Positions 1 through 16,304 of a stretch of DNA of 64,000 nt are shown here, piece by piece (the stretch's first letter is position 1; the number at the start of each line of letters is the position of its first letter). The notes beneath the pieces are model-generated. The model was not told where the DNA came from. It made no database searches and was given only the letters and a program-made list of their open reading frames with translations. The stretch is taken from the NCBI RefSeq assembly GCF_009914755.1, contig NC_060936.1; one strand, written 5' to 3'. The translations under genes and the position numbers were made by a program. Origin of the DNA: the human T2T-CHM13v2.0 reference genome, Homo sapiens.

Positions 1-541
1 TGTACAAAGTTTATTAACAAATCATAAAGTATCATTTGTGTACATGTGTTTCATCATTTTATTTCATTTAAAGTACAGTTGTGTTTAATTTTTCTATAAA
101 AGATATCAGCTAAATAATTTGTAATGTGTAGTCCATGAGCAATTAGAACACTAATAGAAGTTTTCACATAAATTTTAATGAATAAAGAAAAAATAAGAAG
201 TTTACTTCAAATTTACTAAAAAATATTTGAGAGGGAAGCTAAAGGGAGCCTTCTAGAATTTGACTTACTGATAAAATATTTTACAAGGACAAATAATTAG
301 GTTGGGTGAAGTGAGGTAGAAGGATTGAATTAAAATATTTCGATAAAGGGATAAGGTGATTGAAGTAATGAACATGAGAATTTCAAGGGTCATCTCAGAT
401 TAAAGGAAAAAAATTAAATGATGCAGAGATGGCTTAGTTAAAAGAAAACATTGCTTGGTCTGCTGTATACATTCATTCAGTTATGCTGTTGACTTCTTTC
501 TAAGTTCTCTAATTTATGATGTTTTATTCTTTTCCTCAAAG

Positions 542-674
542 GGAATCTCTTAGTTATAACATTTGTTAGCTACTTTGGAGCCAAACTTCACAGGCCAAAA
601 ATAATTGGAGCAGGGTGTGTAATCATGGGAGTTGGAACACTGCTCATTGCAATGCCTCAGTTCTTCATGGAGCA
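542..674 (+). CDS. SLCO1C1: SLCO1C1 coding exon (133 nt; [45 protein letters not shown])
   Basis: Acceptor ttttcctcaaag|GG, donor CA|gtaagt; translated by hand (this frame is not in the ORF track). Confidence 0.95.
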
Positions 675-2079
675 GTAAGTCTAAAGCAATCATCTTTTCC
701 TTGCCTTTCCAAACAACTGCATTTCTCCCTTTTATGATGATTATTAATTATGCAAATTTAAGCTTAACCCATGATAACTTTGTCTTACTTTTATTACATT
801 CTCTTTGGATAAAATTTCACAACAATTTTATAATTTTTCTTCTGACAATAAACTGTAAAAAATTGATAGATTACTGTATATTGATATCAACAAGATTAAA
901 GAAAGATTTTACCTACATGTTTTGAGTCAAATGCTTTAATTTAGCTGTAGGGGCAAAATATATAATTGAAAATAAATTAACATGGTAAATGTCAAATAGG
1001 TAATTAATAAACACTGCAGACAATAAATTCTGGATTATGGAACACTGGCTGCTAGACAATTAACTCAGGGATATATTATCAACTCAAACAAGTATTCAAT
1101 GTCCATACAGTATCTCTTAGACCTTTATCAATGGAAGCAGGGTGTCTGTATCCTCTAACCCTAAAGTCTACTTTTGGTACTTTTGTTAATACATGCACAT
1201 GACTTTAGTAGTTCCAAAGATTTTTACCTATGTCATTTTTACCCTTATAGCAACCTGTGGGGTAGAAGAACATAGTTTATCTTTTTTACTTTAGAGCTAA
1301 GGACAGGATCCCATGACTTGAAAAGTTTGATGACTTTTGTAAATTTAGGTGTCTTGTAATTATGGAATCAGAACCTAAAACAGGTCAGCTGACTTCTCAG
1401 GCAGCAGTTTTCATACATATCCATGTCACTGCCCTTCTCTGTGTTTATCTATTGCTGATAAAAGAAATGACTACCAAAAGGTTTTGGAGTAAGAGAATAT
1501 TTTAGAAGATTATATTTCAAGTGATACTTTATTGTCCACTCTAGATCATTGTATCAGGACAGTTTAGAGCTGGAGAGACTTAGAAATGATCTAGTCTGAA
1601 CTTTTTCTTGAATTTCTAGACCACTTATGTAAGTACAGTCAGATTTTGACCTCCCTGGCCAATCTATCAAGGTAGGGCTCAGAATTCTCTGAGTGGGAGC
1701 TTTTCTGCCCATTTGGATGAATTCCCAGGACCCTAAATTTCTACTTGGAGAGAGTTCTGTGGTTTGGGCACTTCTGCCTGCTCTTTGGACAACATCCTTT
1801 CATAGGTCAGAAGTTTCCTTGATCATTGAGATTCTACAAAAATGTTATGTATGTTCAGCCTGTAGAAAGAATGGGAAGGAGAAGAATGAGAAAATGGGTC
1901 TCCAACCTGCCTACTCCCTGCTTGATCTTTAGTTGTGTTGCTGTTATCTGTTGATTCATTGAGCTTCCATGTGACAGTTTGCTCAGGGGGAAAAGCAGTT
2001 CCACTACTGAAAAAATTAAAAATGTGAAAGTAGTCACATAGGATAGATAAATCCATTACACCAGACTTAAATCACTCTG

Positions 2080-2260
2080 CAGTGGATCAGTAGCTCTTCT
2101 ATGTGACAATGGCTACACTACTTAATTTTTCTAGGTCTCAGTTTCTGCATCTTAAAACAGGTATTAAAAATAATTCCTAGCTGATAATGCCATTGCAAAT
2201 ATTAAGTGAGATAACACAGGTAAAATGCTTATCAAGGTTACCAACCTAACTAGTAGCTAT
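2080..2260. mobile_element. MIR SINE remnant
   Basis: Degenerate MIR core (ctaggtctcagtttctgcatct...aagtgagataacac); boundaries approximate. Confidence 0.5.
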
Positions 2261-2904
2261 GTCATCATTGTTGTGTGTTATCAATCCTTTTAGCTAATTA
2301 AGCCACCTGGTTTTAACCAGCAATGGTTTTGTCTTAAAGCTGCTGTATACAGATGAATAATTTTATTACTTTAAGTTAGTGACAAATATCGAATACCCGT
2401 ATAAGAAAATCAGAGAAAAAAAAATGTATTAAAAAGAAGGTCGGACAACCAGACAGGCTAGTGTTGACAAAGGATATCAAAGGGACAGAGACAGATTCTT
2501 ATCCAACACTTTTGACATGGTAGAGGATATATTTGTTTATTTATTATTTAATATATTTGCCAGGTACAATGCCAGGTAAAGGAGCTATTTCTGCGAGAAA
2601 ACAAAATAGAACAAAAACACACACAATTCTTCCTTCATGAAGCTTGCTCTCTACTGAGGATTATCACTCTAGTTTCTTTCCACCTTTACACAACATTAGT
2701 AACTAATTGGGTACTTATCCAAAATATGATTTTCATTCTCTAAGAGATAACTATGCTCTGTCTCCTTTGCAGAAATATCCTTAATGTCCGACAAAAGCTA
2801 TTAATCATGGATAGCAACTATTGAGGGCCTATTCCTAATAGGCTGTTTAGTTTTATGTATTAGCTCATTTAACTCATTAATTTAGCAAGTGTATATATAT
2901 TTGT

Positions 2905-3700
2905 GATATATGTATATATATATAATTTTTCTAGGCAGTAAAGAAAGAGTAGTGACAAAATAATCTCTGCCCTCACAGATCTTCTGAGGAGGAGACAGAA
3001 AATAAACAGATAAATACAGTATGTCAGAGAATGGTAAGAACTATAGAGAAAAATAACCCAGTAAAGACACATAAGGAGTATGTGTGGTGGGTTGGGGGTG
3101 GTTGCAGTTTCAAGTAGGGTAGTCAACGTATGGCTCACATAGTTGGTGACATTTGAAGAAGACCTGATAATAGTAAAGAGGACAGTCATGTGGATATCTG
3201 GGAAAGAAGACTTCTAGCCTAAGTGAACAGTGAAGGCAAAGTTTCTTCAGCAGGAGGAAGTCTGGTGCATGGATGACCTGCAAGGAGGCCTGTGTGGCTA
3301 AAATGCAATGACCACGGAGAAAGCACAGAAGATGAATGCTGAGAAGTAAAAGGGAATGAGAGAATATGTCAACGTTGTTTCTCACTTTGATGGGCATTTG
3401 AATCACCCGAGGCTCTTAGTAAACTGCAGATTGTGATTCAGTGGCCCTGGGGTTGGTTCTGAGATTCAGCTGATGTTGCTGGTCTGCAGACCATCCTTTG
3501 AGTCATAAAGTTAGGACAATTACAAGAATTTAGTTTGTCCTCTGAATGAGATGCGAAGTTTTTAGAAAGCTTTAAGCAGAGTGACATGATCTTACTTATA
3601 TTTTTAATGGATTACACTGACTGCTGCTTGGAGAATTGATTCTGGTGGGAAAGCTTGGAAGCAGGGAGACTATTTAGGAGGCTACTGCAAAATTTCATAC
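2905..3700. mobile_element. L2 LINE remnant with a MER5A-like fragment inside (~3385-3510)
   Basis: L2-like motifs (tgacatttgaag, ggattacactgactgctg...gagaattga) and MER5A-like gaatcacc...gcagattgtgattcagt; boundaries approximate. Confidence 0.45.
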
Positions 3701-4433
3701 ATCAAAGTCAAGAGTGCATCAGTCAGGATTTGAATGCGGGTCAGAATTAAAACCCCTAATATAAAAGCATTTATAATATTAGTCCCCGATTTAAATAATT
3801 ACACTTTTGTCTCTTCTCCAACAGAGTCTCAATAGGTACAGACCACATCCATAGCTCTCATTTTACAACTCAGTTAATTAAAACCTAAACGTTAATTTTT
3901 TTAGAGTATCACAGATAGCAATTAGTAACAAAAGTGGCTCTTAGATAAGCTGCCAGTTATTTGAAATCAAAATAATTATGATGCTTGCAACAGTAACCTG
4001 TTGACAGAAGGAACTGAGTTAAAATAATGAAAAATTTTCAAAATACTCCATGATCACCATCCATACTTACTTCAATAGTCTTGAAGCATCATAACAGTCA
4101 ATGGTTTCTCTGTAATTATTAACAATATAAAATTATATTTACCATGATTTCAATGCTAAATGTTCTCATGTGTAGTTAAGAATTGAAAACAGTTAACCTC
4201 ATTAAGTGATTCTTAACCTACTATGGTCAAGGAACCCTTTGATAAAATTATAAAACCTATAACCCTCTTCTCTTAAGCATTCACATAAAAACATACATAC
4301 AAAAATGTTCTTACTTTTTCAGTGGGGTTCATGAACCCATTGAGGTGCAGATTGCACAAAACAGATTTAAGGTAACCTGTTTATCAACTTGAATATTTCA
4401 GTAATGCAATACATCTTTTCCTTACCATGCTGA

Positions 4434-4667
<234 letters not shown>

Positions 4668-5226
4668 TGAATAAAATGAGAATCAAGATGATATTGAGAT
4701 GTTTTCTTACCAGATACCTCTTCCCCAAGGGGTACAAAGAGTGTGGAGAACGTGGCATATGAAGGATAATTTGAGTGCAAGAGTAGAGCTGGGGGATTGT
4801 AGATTAGCATTATCACAGGCTGCCCACTAAGCAATGGCTCTTTATCCCAGTTGCTATCATAACCTTATAAACAGGGGAAAGGGTGGAATTAGAGGTAACT
4901 TGGTGCTATGCTAGTAAGCAGTAGGGAAAAAGCAGAATCTTATCAGGATAAATGGTACAAAATCCATATGTCATTTTCCATTCTCCAGAATCAGCCTTGT
5001 AATTCTACTAAATTTACAACTCTAAATAAAGTATTCTGATGGCAATACATTGTTCAATTATGGCTCTTTCTCTGACTCAGAAAAAATCATGATTTTATCA
5101 AGTTGAATACTTTTTCACCTGGGGGGAGGTGATTTATAGTCACTAGTTTGCTTTAAGATGAGCCTCTATGGGTACTTTTTACTTTTATTTTCTGTCATTA
5201 ATTGACTGGCCCAGGTACGTGTAAAG

Positions 5227-5442
5227 CAGGAGTGTCCAAATTTTGGGTTCCCTGGGCCACATTGGAAGAAGAAGAATTGTCTTGGGCCACACATAAAATA
5301 CACTAACAACAGTTGATGAGCTAAAAAAAATTGCAAAAAGAAATTCATTATGTTTTTAGAAAGTTTATGAATTTGTGTTGGGCTGCATTCAAGGCCATCT
5401 TGGGCCACATGCAACCCACAGACCGTGGGTAGGACAAGCTTT
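5227..5442 (+). mobile_element. MER30 (hAT-Charlie MITE)
   Basis: caggagtgtccaa...ccctgggccacattggaagaagaagaattgtc...ggacaagctt; 8-bp TSD gtgtaaag/gtgtagag. Confidence 0.85.
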
Positions 5443-5640
5443 GTGTAGAGTCTGTGAGCCAGATCTTCTGGCTACCTCTTCAGCAAAATCTGCTGTTAAA
5501 CACTGGCTTGATTTGGTGAATTAGGTTCAGAGACAGCTGCAAGCTCAACCTGGTACCCTAACGATTCGTGTAGCATACACATAATATTCTTAGTATGATG
5601 TTAATGAGTCTATCATGAAGAAAACATTCCTCTTATGCAG

Positions 5641-5765
5641 GTACAAATATGAGAGATATTCTCCTTCCTCCAATTCCACTCTCAGCATCTCTCCGTGTCT
5701 CCTAGAGTCAAGCAGTCAATTACCAGTTTCAGTTATGGAAAAATCAAAATCCAAAATAAGTAACG
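5641..5765 (+). CDS. SLCO1C1: SLCO1C1 coding exon (125 nt; [41 protein letters not shown])
   Basis: Acceptor tcttatgcag|G, donor G|gtaaga; phases fit both neighbours. Confidence 0.94.
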
Positions 5766-7267
5766 GTAAGATCATTTTTTTGACTTGACTAAACAAGCTT
5801 TTAAAAAAAAGACTTTATATGTGCTTTAGGATGGACAAAAGTGTCTATGATTTTTGCTCCCAAAAGCTTTACTACTTAAATTGAGATATCACAGTACCAT
5901 AAAAATTCCTAGAATATAAAGCAGTATATGATTAGATCCTAAGAAAATATACCAGATGATCAAATCTTATGGAAAAAAAGCATTAATTGATAGTTCCTGG
6001 GAAAATCTTTCAAAGCTTCTGAATAAGTGGGTTTTGAAAGCAGGGTGAAACTAGTTTAGCACATACAACTCTCAATCCATTGCTCAGATATGAAAGAAGT
6101 ATAATTTTTCCCGTAAGTCAACTTAATTTCTGTGTTCAGCTACTTTTTGTCAGAATGGCAAAAATGTAATCTCAATTTGTCCGCAACCTCCCTTTTTGTC
6201 CCCAGGGTTTGTTTACATTCTAGGGAGCTTACATAAGAGTAAAATGGGCAGCTATGGTGGGAGCTCTTGGTGTTATCAGTTCCCTGCCAGCTTACATATC
6301 TAAAACCCCCGTGGTCACACTGTTTGGTCATACTTGTCAGCATGGGGCTATCTTATGTCCATGTTCATACTTTTTTTTCTCACAGCAGCTCTCTCCAGTA
6401 CAGAAGTGGCCATCTTAGATACATGGAAATAACTCTATTTTTCACCTGAGCAAGGATGCAGGAATTTTATCAAAGTGTCTAGTGTTCTAGATGGCTGATG
6501 CATATGACACAGCAATGCTTTGTCTGAGACACCCTTGGCAATATGGGAATATTCTCTTCTATATCACTGTAGACACTGGAAGTCCTATGAGTCAAAGGCA
6601 GGAATGCTGAGCTAGACTGAAGTAGAGTCTTGCCTCCTGCCTGGGCTTCACTTGGCCGAGGTAACACAGATTTTCCTTACTCAGAGTAGCCATGAATTTG
6701 TCCATAGGTGTTTACTGTGTCTCTAGGACGCAGTACAGGCAGGGAGAGCAAATCCCCTCTTCTCCCTTCAGCTTCCCTTCAGCATCAATATGCTCCACAC
6801 TCCTTCCCTGCCACCTACCAATTTCAACCCCTACTCCTAACCGGAGGAACCACATTGTATACAGGCAGAATGGAAGCCTTTCTAAAATTAATATATACCT
6901 GCCATCCATCCAAATCTCTTATCTATTCCACAAGACCTTTTCACTCCTCTAATATTCTCATTAGTACATTCTGTTGAGATGTCTTTTTTTCCAGGCAATG
7001 AACCCCGGCTGTTTGAATGAAGGGAGGGGCCAAAGGACTAAAAACATATGGAAATGTGGAAGGGGAAGGAAGAGGAAAGCACAGAAATGTAAAAAGTTTA
7101 CCCTCTCCTGCTGTAGCAAAAGAAGGAACTCATTCTAGACAAAGAGGAGAATATGAAAGGGGGTAATAGATATGTTCAGGAGGATGCATTCAAATCAATG
7201 GACAAGAACAGCAGCCTTGTTTATGTAAAAATATAACAGATAATAAATATGATTTAGGTTCAAATAA

Positions 7268-7634
<367 letters not shown>

Positions 7635-7937
7635 AGATGTTTTCTTTTGACAGCACAACTAGTTAGGAAATATTTAAACCTGTAATGTAAAAAGGTGAAA
7701 GGTGAAACATAGGGCTTAGACTCAGTAATTAAAATGTGTTTAATAAAGGGAGAAGTTAGCAGACAGATACAGAGAATGACTCATAACTCAATTATTTCCC
7801 TTCCTTCAGGTGAGCTCCTGTTCCCTTAAAGTCTGTTTCGTTAGACATAGTGGACACAAGACTCATCCTAAAGCTGATAAGGATCTTCTCAAAACCACTC
7901 CACATAGAATCCTCATCTCCCCTGCAACAATCTACAG

Positions 7938-8134
7938 CAGAGCTGTCCACAGAACTATCTGTGATGATCGGAATGTCTTATATCTTTGCTGTCCAATACA
8001 GTAGCCCCTAGCTGCATGTGACTATTGGGTATTTGAAATATAGTTAGTGTGACAGAGGAAGTGAATTTTAATTTTATTTAATTTCAATTTTAATAGTCAC
8101 ATGTGGCTTATGGTTATTGAATTAAAAAGCACAG
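7938..8134. mobile_element. MER3-like hAT MITE
   Basis: cagagctgtccacagaactatctgtgatgat...ctgtccaatacagtagcc...aatagtcacatgtggct...gcacag. Confidence 0.75.
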
Positions 8135-9394
8135 ACCTAAGGTGCCTACACTTCTCTACAAGAAGACTCGCCTACCAACAAGCTTCTTAAAATTATACAA
8201 TTGCTAGGGCTAGAATGCACATTAGAGTTAATTTTTAGAAAAGGAATTCATATCATATTTTTGGAAGCAGAATAGAAATCCAGAGAAGACAAGTGAAAAT
8301 TCCATGGTCATTTAAACTTTTCTAGAAGAGGCAGAGTCAGATAGAATCCACGTGAGTGCAAAGGAGTCTTTTCTGTTAGTTATGCAGTCTGATTCACTTG
8401 CCCAAAGGTGTTCACCTTAGTTCTTCACATAATCTATTCTTCACAATCAAAAATTAGTTTAAGAGTTATTAACAGGTAAAGATAACTCCTACCTCATAGG
8501 ATTGTTAGGAAGATTCAATTTAAAAATGCCTGCAAAGCACTTAGTTCAGCACGTAGCAGAGAAAGAACATTCAGCAGTGATGATTGTTGGAGGTTGTTAA
8601 CATTATCAATTTTATTAAAGCACCTAAACCTTCAAAGCTATGTTTCATTTATGATATGGGGGTAATTATCCTAGTGCACATGATCATATTAAGACATGAA
8701 TTTTATGAAAGCATTTAAAAATGGTTAGCCTTGAATTTTACTCTAAAAATGCTGTCAAATGATTTCTTTTGTTGGAATAACTATACTGCTAAAGTATAGG
8801 GATTTATAATTTTTATGTAAATTTGTTTCCAGAGTCCTAAAAATGGTTATTCACTAACAAACAAATATAAATGTAGGCAATACTGCCCAAATGTTGGAAT
8901 ATCAACCATATAAAAATTTGAATTTCAGATAAAACTGGGTCAACAATAAGATTACTTATGATTTCTGCTGAAAAATAGAACTAAAAATTAAGGTGAGAAA
9001 GACTTGTTCAAAAGAACTAAAAATTAAGGTGAGAAAGACTTTGTTCAAAATTTTCTGTTTTGCCCCAGATAGATACTGAATGTCATTGTAGTGTGGGAAC
9101 TCAAATAGCTCAAGGTAGGAATGAAATGAGAAGAAGAGAGAGAATAAAAAGTAAAGGGATCAGGAACAAGAAGCAATAAAGTTCCTTGGTGAAGTCTCTT
9201 GGGGATTTACTCTGTCTAAAAGGTTGAAGGTATAAAACATTTTTAGAACTTGACCAAACTCCCATCAAATTAAGACTATTGCACAAAAACTCCTGCATTC
9301 TAGTTCAGTTTAAGATATACGGTAGAAATGCAGAATAAATACTTAACTTTTAAAGTGATCTATTTTCAATCCTCTGGTTTGCCTTTCTTTCAAG

Positions 9395-9541
9395 AATGTG
9401 AAGTGGACACTAGCTCTTCCATGTGGATTTATGTTTTCCTGGGCAATCTTCTTCGTGGAATAGGAGAAACTCCCATTCAGCCTTTGGGCATTGCCTACCT
9501 GGATGATTTTGCCAGTGAAGACAATGCAGCTTTCTATATTG
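9395..9541 (+). CDS. SLCO1C1: SLCO1C1 coding exon (147 nt; [49 protein letters not shown])
   Basis: Acceptor ttctttcaag|AA, donor G|gtaata; lies inside ORF 9328..9600. Confidence 0.95.
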
Positions 9542-11387
9542 GTAATATTGGCATATTGCTTCACTTATCTTCTTGGGAAGCAGGGTGTCTAGTTTTCTGA
9601 ATTCCCCTCTATGCTAAATTAAGTGGGGAAGCTTTTTATACTTCATATCCAACTCCTTTATTTAGCTCACACATTTCTGAAGTGCACAGTTCAGATTTGG
9701 ATGATGAAGACACCATAGTTAGAGGGATCTATTGCATTAGAAAAGGAACATCAGATTAAAAGAAAATAACTGCGAGCTTAGCTGCAATGACGTATGACCT
9801 TGTGAAAGTATCTTCATGGGCTTCAGATTTCATAGGTTCTTTTTAGTGGGTTAACTGTACAGCTAAAGCACTTAGGCATTTTAGTTTATTTAAAAGTTTG
9901 TTCCTTGAGCCCTAGCTTTCCATTTGATAAGCCTTGATAAGCGCTTTCCATTTGATAAGCCCTGATTATTTAAAGCTATGAGGGATAGGCAACAAGAAAT
10001 CTTGAGATCTCAAAAGCAGGTAGAAATGGATAAAGAAAAGTATATAAAAAATAAAAGCAAGGCCTGAGGCTACCTCATCTCTGGAACACATCCCAGTAAA
10101 TAGACCAGCAGCTAAAAATCTGAAAAACCAAAATAATATAGCAGAGGCAAAGTCCTAAGGTAAGACACATCTAAACAGCATTTATTGGTTTCCTCTGATG
10201 TCTTAATATTAAGCTAGAAATACACGTCAGTCTCTCCTTTTTTAACTGTTATTTTACCCTTTCCTATGGTGTTGACATACATCAGTCTCGATTTCTTGAA
10301 ATTCTAATCTTTTAAAGGCCTCACGTTCAGGGACAGAAAGGCAAGATTTAAATTCATTGAGGGGCGCTACAGCTAGGTCCACTGTATAATCTTGCCTTGG
10401 CTATGCTCTGCAGGACTCCAGGGGGTGCTGGTTACACCTGAATAGGCTATAGTTAAGATCACAGCTCTTACTCTAACAGAAAACTTCAGTAAAATCAGGA
10501 ACTGGAACTGCAACAAACACTTCATCACCTGCACTAGGCAATTACTCTAGAGACTGGAGGAAAGGTCACAGCCAGGAGAAGCATACAGGTGCTTAGGTGT
10601 GCCCTTCTTCTCTAGGAGCTCAGGGCTTGTTCTCTTTTCCTCTGTTCCAAAAAGTATCTGGTAACTGCTGTTTACTCTTCCAGTTAACTTAATCTCCCAT
10701 GAATATGTGTGTTTTAAGCTTTGTGGTGAAATGAAAAACAGATTGGAGATATTTGAAAGGGAAGAACTACCTTTCTGGTTATTAGAAATGGTGTCCTTTA
10801 GGCCATCTGTTCCACCTGGCTATGAAGGTTGGCCTGAATGGTCAAGAGGGTTCCAGAGATAACTTTTCCTGCTCCAAATCCTAGCACCTTTGCTAGCTGC
10901 ATCTGGGGATCTTTACAGGTCCTGGTCTCACTAATGATACCACAGAACCTTGAAATGAATGGACACACTTTTTTTCTAAGGTGGTAGAAATCCATTTGAA
11001 TGTCAAAACAAGTCTTATGCTTAACTGAACGTAAAATGTTTTTGACAAACTATCAAAATTAATACAATTCTAATTTTTATCAATGAGGAATCTAATCCTA
11101 GGAAATAAAAGTTTTTTCCATTTTGGAAAATTAATTTCCTCAGAGTATTAATGTTATTTTCTTACTAAGACATATTTAATGCCTTAAAATTGTTCATTTT
11201 TCTCCCAAAGCAGTGAAGGACTTATTTCCTGATTTGATGTGGTTTTAAAGTTAACTAAACACATGCAAATGAGTTAAAACATTTTGAGCTACTGACTGGA
11301 TCACACATTTCTTGTTTAAAATTGTATTAATTTATCAAAGTAAAGAAATGACAGCTTTTTTTTTTTCCTTTTCTTTTCTTGGTGCAG

Positions 11388-11486
11388 GGTGTGTGCAGAC
11401 GGTTGCAATTATAGGACCAATCTTTGGTTTCCTGTTAGGCTCATTATGTGCCAAACTATATGTTGACATTGGCTTTGTAAACCTAG
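11388..11486 (+). CDS. SLCO1C1: SLCO1C1 coding exon (99 nt; [33 protein letters not shown])
   Basis: Acceptor ggtgcag|GG after a long pyrimidine tract, donor G|gtaagg. GAC at 11465-11467 is Asp252 in 712-aa numbering. Confidence 0.95.
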
Positions 11487-11901
11487 GTAAGGAAGTTTAT
11501 TTTTTATTTATTCATGTATTTTAGTCACTGTAACATTTTTAATGGGAACAGTGTGGAAATTATCAAATTGCCTTTTTATAAAATGATGGAGTTGTAATCT
11601 TTCATAAACTAAAAATTTTATTATTAATATAGTTATACAGATTAATAAATGGAATATGAAAAATAGGTGATAATTAGAACTGGATGACCAATGGTTTGTT
11701 ATTAAGATCTATCTTTTTTCACTTTTGATTTGTCAGTTTAAATGCATTCCAGCATAGTTAAGACTGAAAACTGTAGCTACTTGTTGGCTCTTATTGGCTT
11801 CAGGTGTGTCAACATTTTTTATAGTTACATCAATTGATAATGTATTTGGGGACTTGACAGAAAGACCAAGGATTTAAAGTCTACTGGCAACCAAACAGCC
11901 C

Positions 11902-11902
11902 T

Positions 11903-11948
<46 letters not shown>
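11902..11948. repeat. Poly(T) tract (~44 nt)
   Basis: Seen directly. Confidence 0.95.
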
Positions 11949-11950
<2 letters not shown>

Positions 11951-13168
11951 CTGCAAGTCATTTTTAGGTGGAAGCATGTTACAGCACATTATCGAGGAAG
12001 ACTGGCTTTTCTTCTGGGACATTGCTTGTGTAGGAAATAAATGGCAAAGGGGACACTGATTTTTCCATAGCTAATAACTTGTTTCTATCTCTGGGAGATG
12101 CACCCTTTGGAAATAGATGGCATTTGTCAGTATTTTTTTAAAGAATTCCAAGAGATCCGTTATAAACTAAACAAGCGTCACTTAAACAACAAACATGGAA
12201 TTGCATTTTGAAGTCCGCATGTTAAAACAGAAAGCAAAATTCTTGCATTTAAATCAAATAAACTACAAGTGAAGCTTCAAAAATGTTATTTATTCATTCA
12301 TTAGTTCCCATCCAATTATTTTGCATTTACTTTATGCCAGGTGCTATTCTACAGTTCTGAACAAATCAGTTGAGTTCCTTGACTTCAAAAAGCTTAAAAT
12401 CCACTGATGGATTTTAGAGACAAGAAAGTATAGATGCGATGAGCAGTACAGAGGAAAATTGTTAAGGGGAAGCAATTAACATGCAGCAATAACCTAGTAT
12501 AAGCATTTTACCCAGTATAATGCAGTGGCAGTTGAGCCTACTTGTCAAGGGCCATGTGTTTATTTCATTCTCACAGTGTGTTATGGTAGAATAAAATGAA
12601 ATGTTTTCTAGGTTCTTGCCTAGGAAGAAAACAACACCCACTTGGTTTGATTCAAAAACCTGTCAATACTTACTTTTTAGTCAAATGAGAAATGATTTCA
12701 AAAACAAACTTTTTATGACGAATAAGATAACTAAAATTTTGCTTACACATACAAATCTTGCTTCATATCTAGAATAGCTCTGAAGTATTGTTAACCATCA
12801 TTTAATAAAAAATATTCTGCTGATTTGAATGAGTCTCGAATTTAGTATCATAATGAGAGGTTTCCAACGGGTTTGGACTGGAGGGTGCAGAGCATAACTC
12901 TTCAAGTAAAATCTCACACAGACATTCAATATGTAAATCAAACGAAAGTGGTGCTGATATAGAGGAGTCGCCACATGAGGTTTTGAGCCTTCAAAATTCT
13001 CCCCATGGGTTGCCTTCCTCTTACCAGGGGTCTCTTACAGAACCTGAGAGCACAGTTTGAAAATCATGAAGCCTATTCCGGAATTTAGACTATATTTTTA
13101 CTCTAATGAACAAAAGAAAGTATCTTGCTCCAAAATGCACTCTCTTTCCTTTAATAACAGAGAAAATA

Positions 13169-15905
<2,737 letters not shown>

Positions 15906-16058
15906 TGGTAAGATCCAGATAAAAAAAAAAATAGCATAGATGAATTATTAGGTATTTTATGATGTTATAGAGTTTTGCAAGAATTTATTTTTAAGTATAT
16001 TATTTTAACATATTAGCTTTGCTGTTTGTATTACTTAGCCATCCCCTCTGTCTTTCAG

Positions 16059-16304
16059 ATCACATAACCATTACCCCAAAAGATCCCCAGTGGGTAGGAG
16101 CCTGGTGGCTTGGCTATCTAATAGCAGGAATCATAAGTCTTCTTGCAGCTGTGCCTTTCTGGTATTTACCAAAGAGTTTACCAAGATCCCAAAGTAGAGA
16201 GGATTCTAATTCTTCCTCTGAGAAATCCAAGTTTATTATAGATGATCACACAGACTACCAAACACCCCAGGGAGAAAATGCAAAAATAATGGAAATGGCA
16301 AGAG
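16059..16304 (+). CDS. SLCO1C1: SLCO1C1 coding exon (246 nt; [21 protein letters not shown]...MEMAR)
   Basis: Acceptor tctttcag|AT, donor G|gtaagt; carries the OATP family signature. Confidence 0.96.

Noticed and set aside
632-925. ORF-track 97-aa ORF as the first exon product
   Set aside because: Wrong frame; the true exon is 542-674 in another frame, bounded by splice sites.
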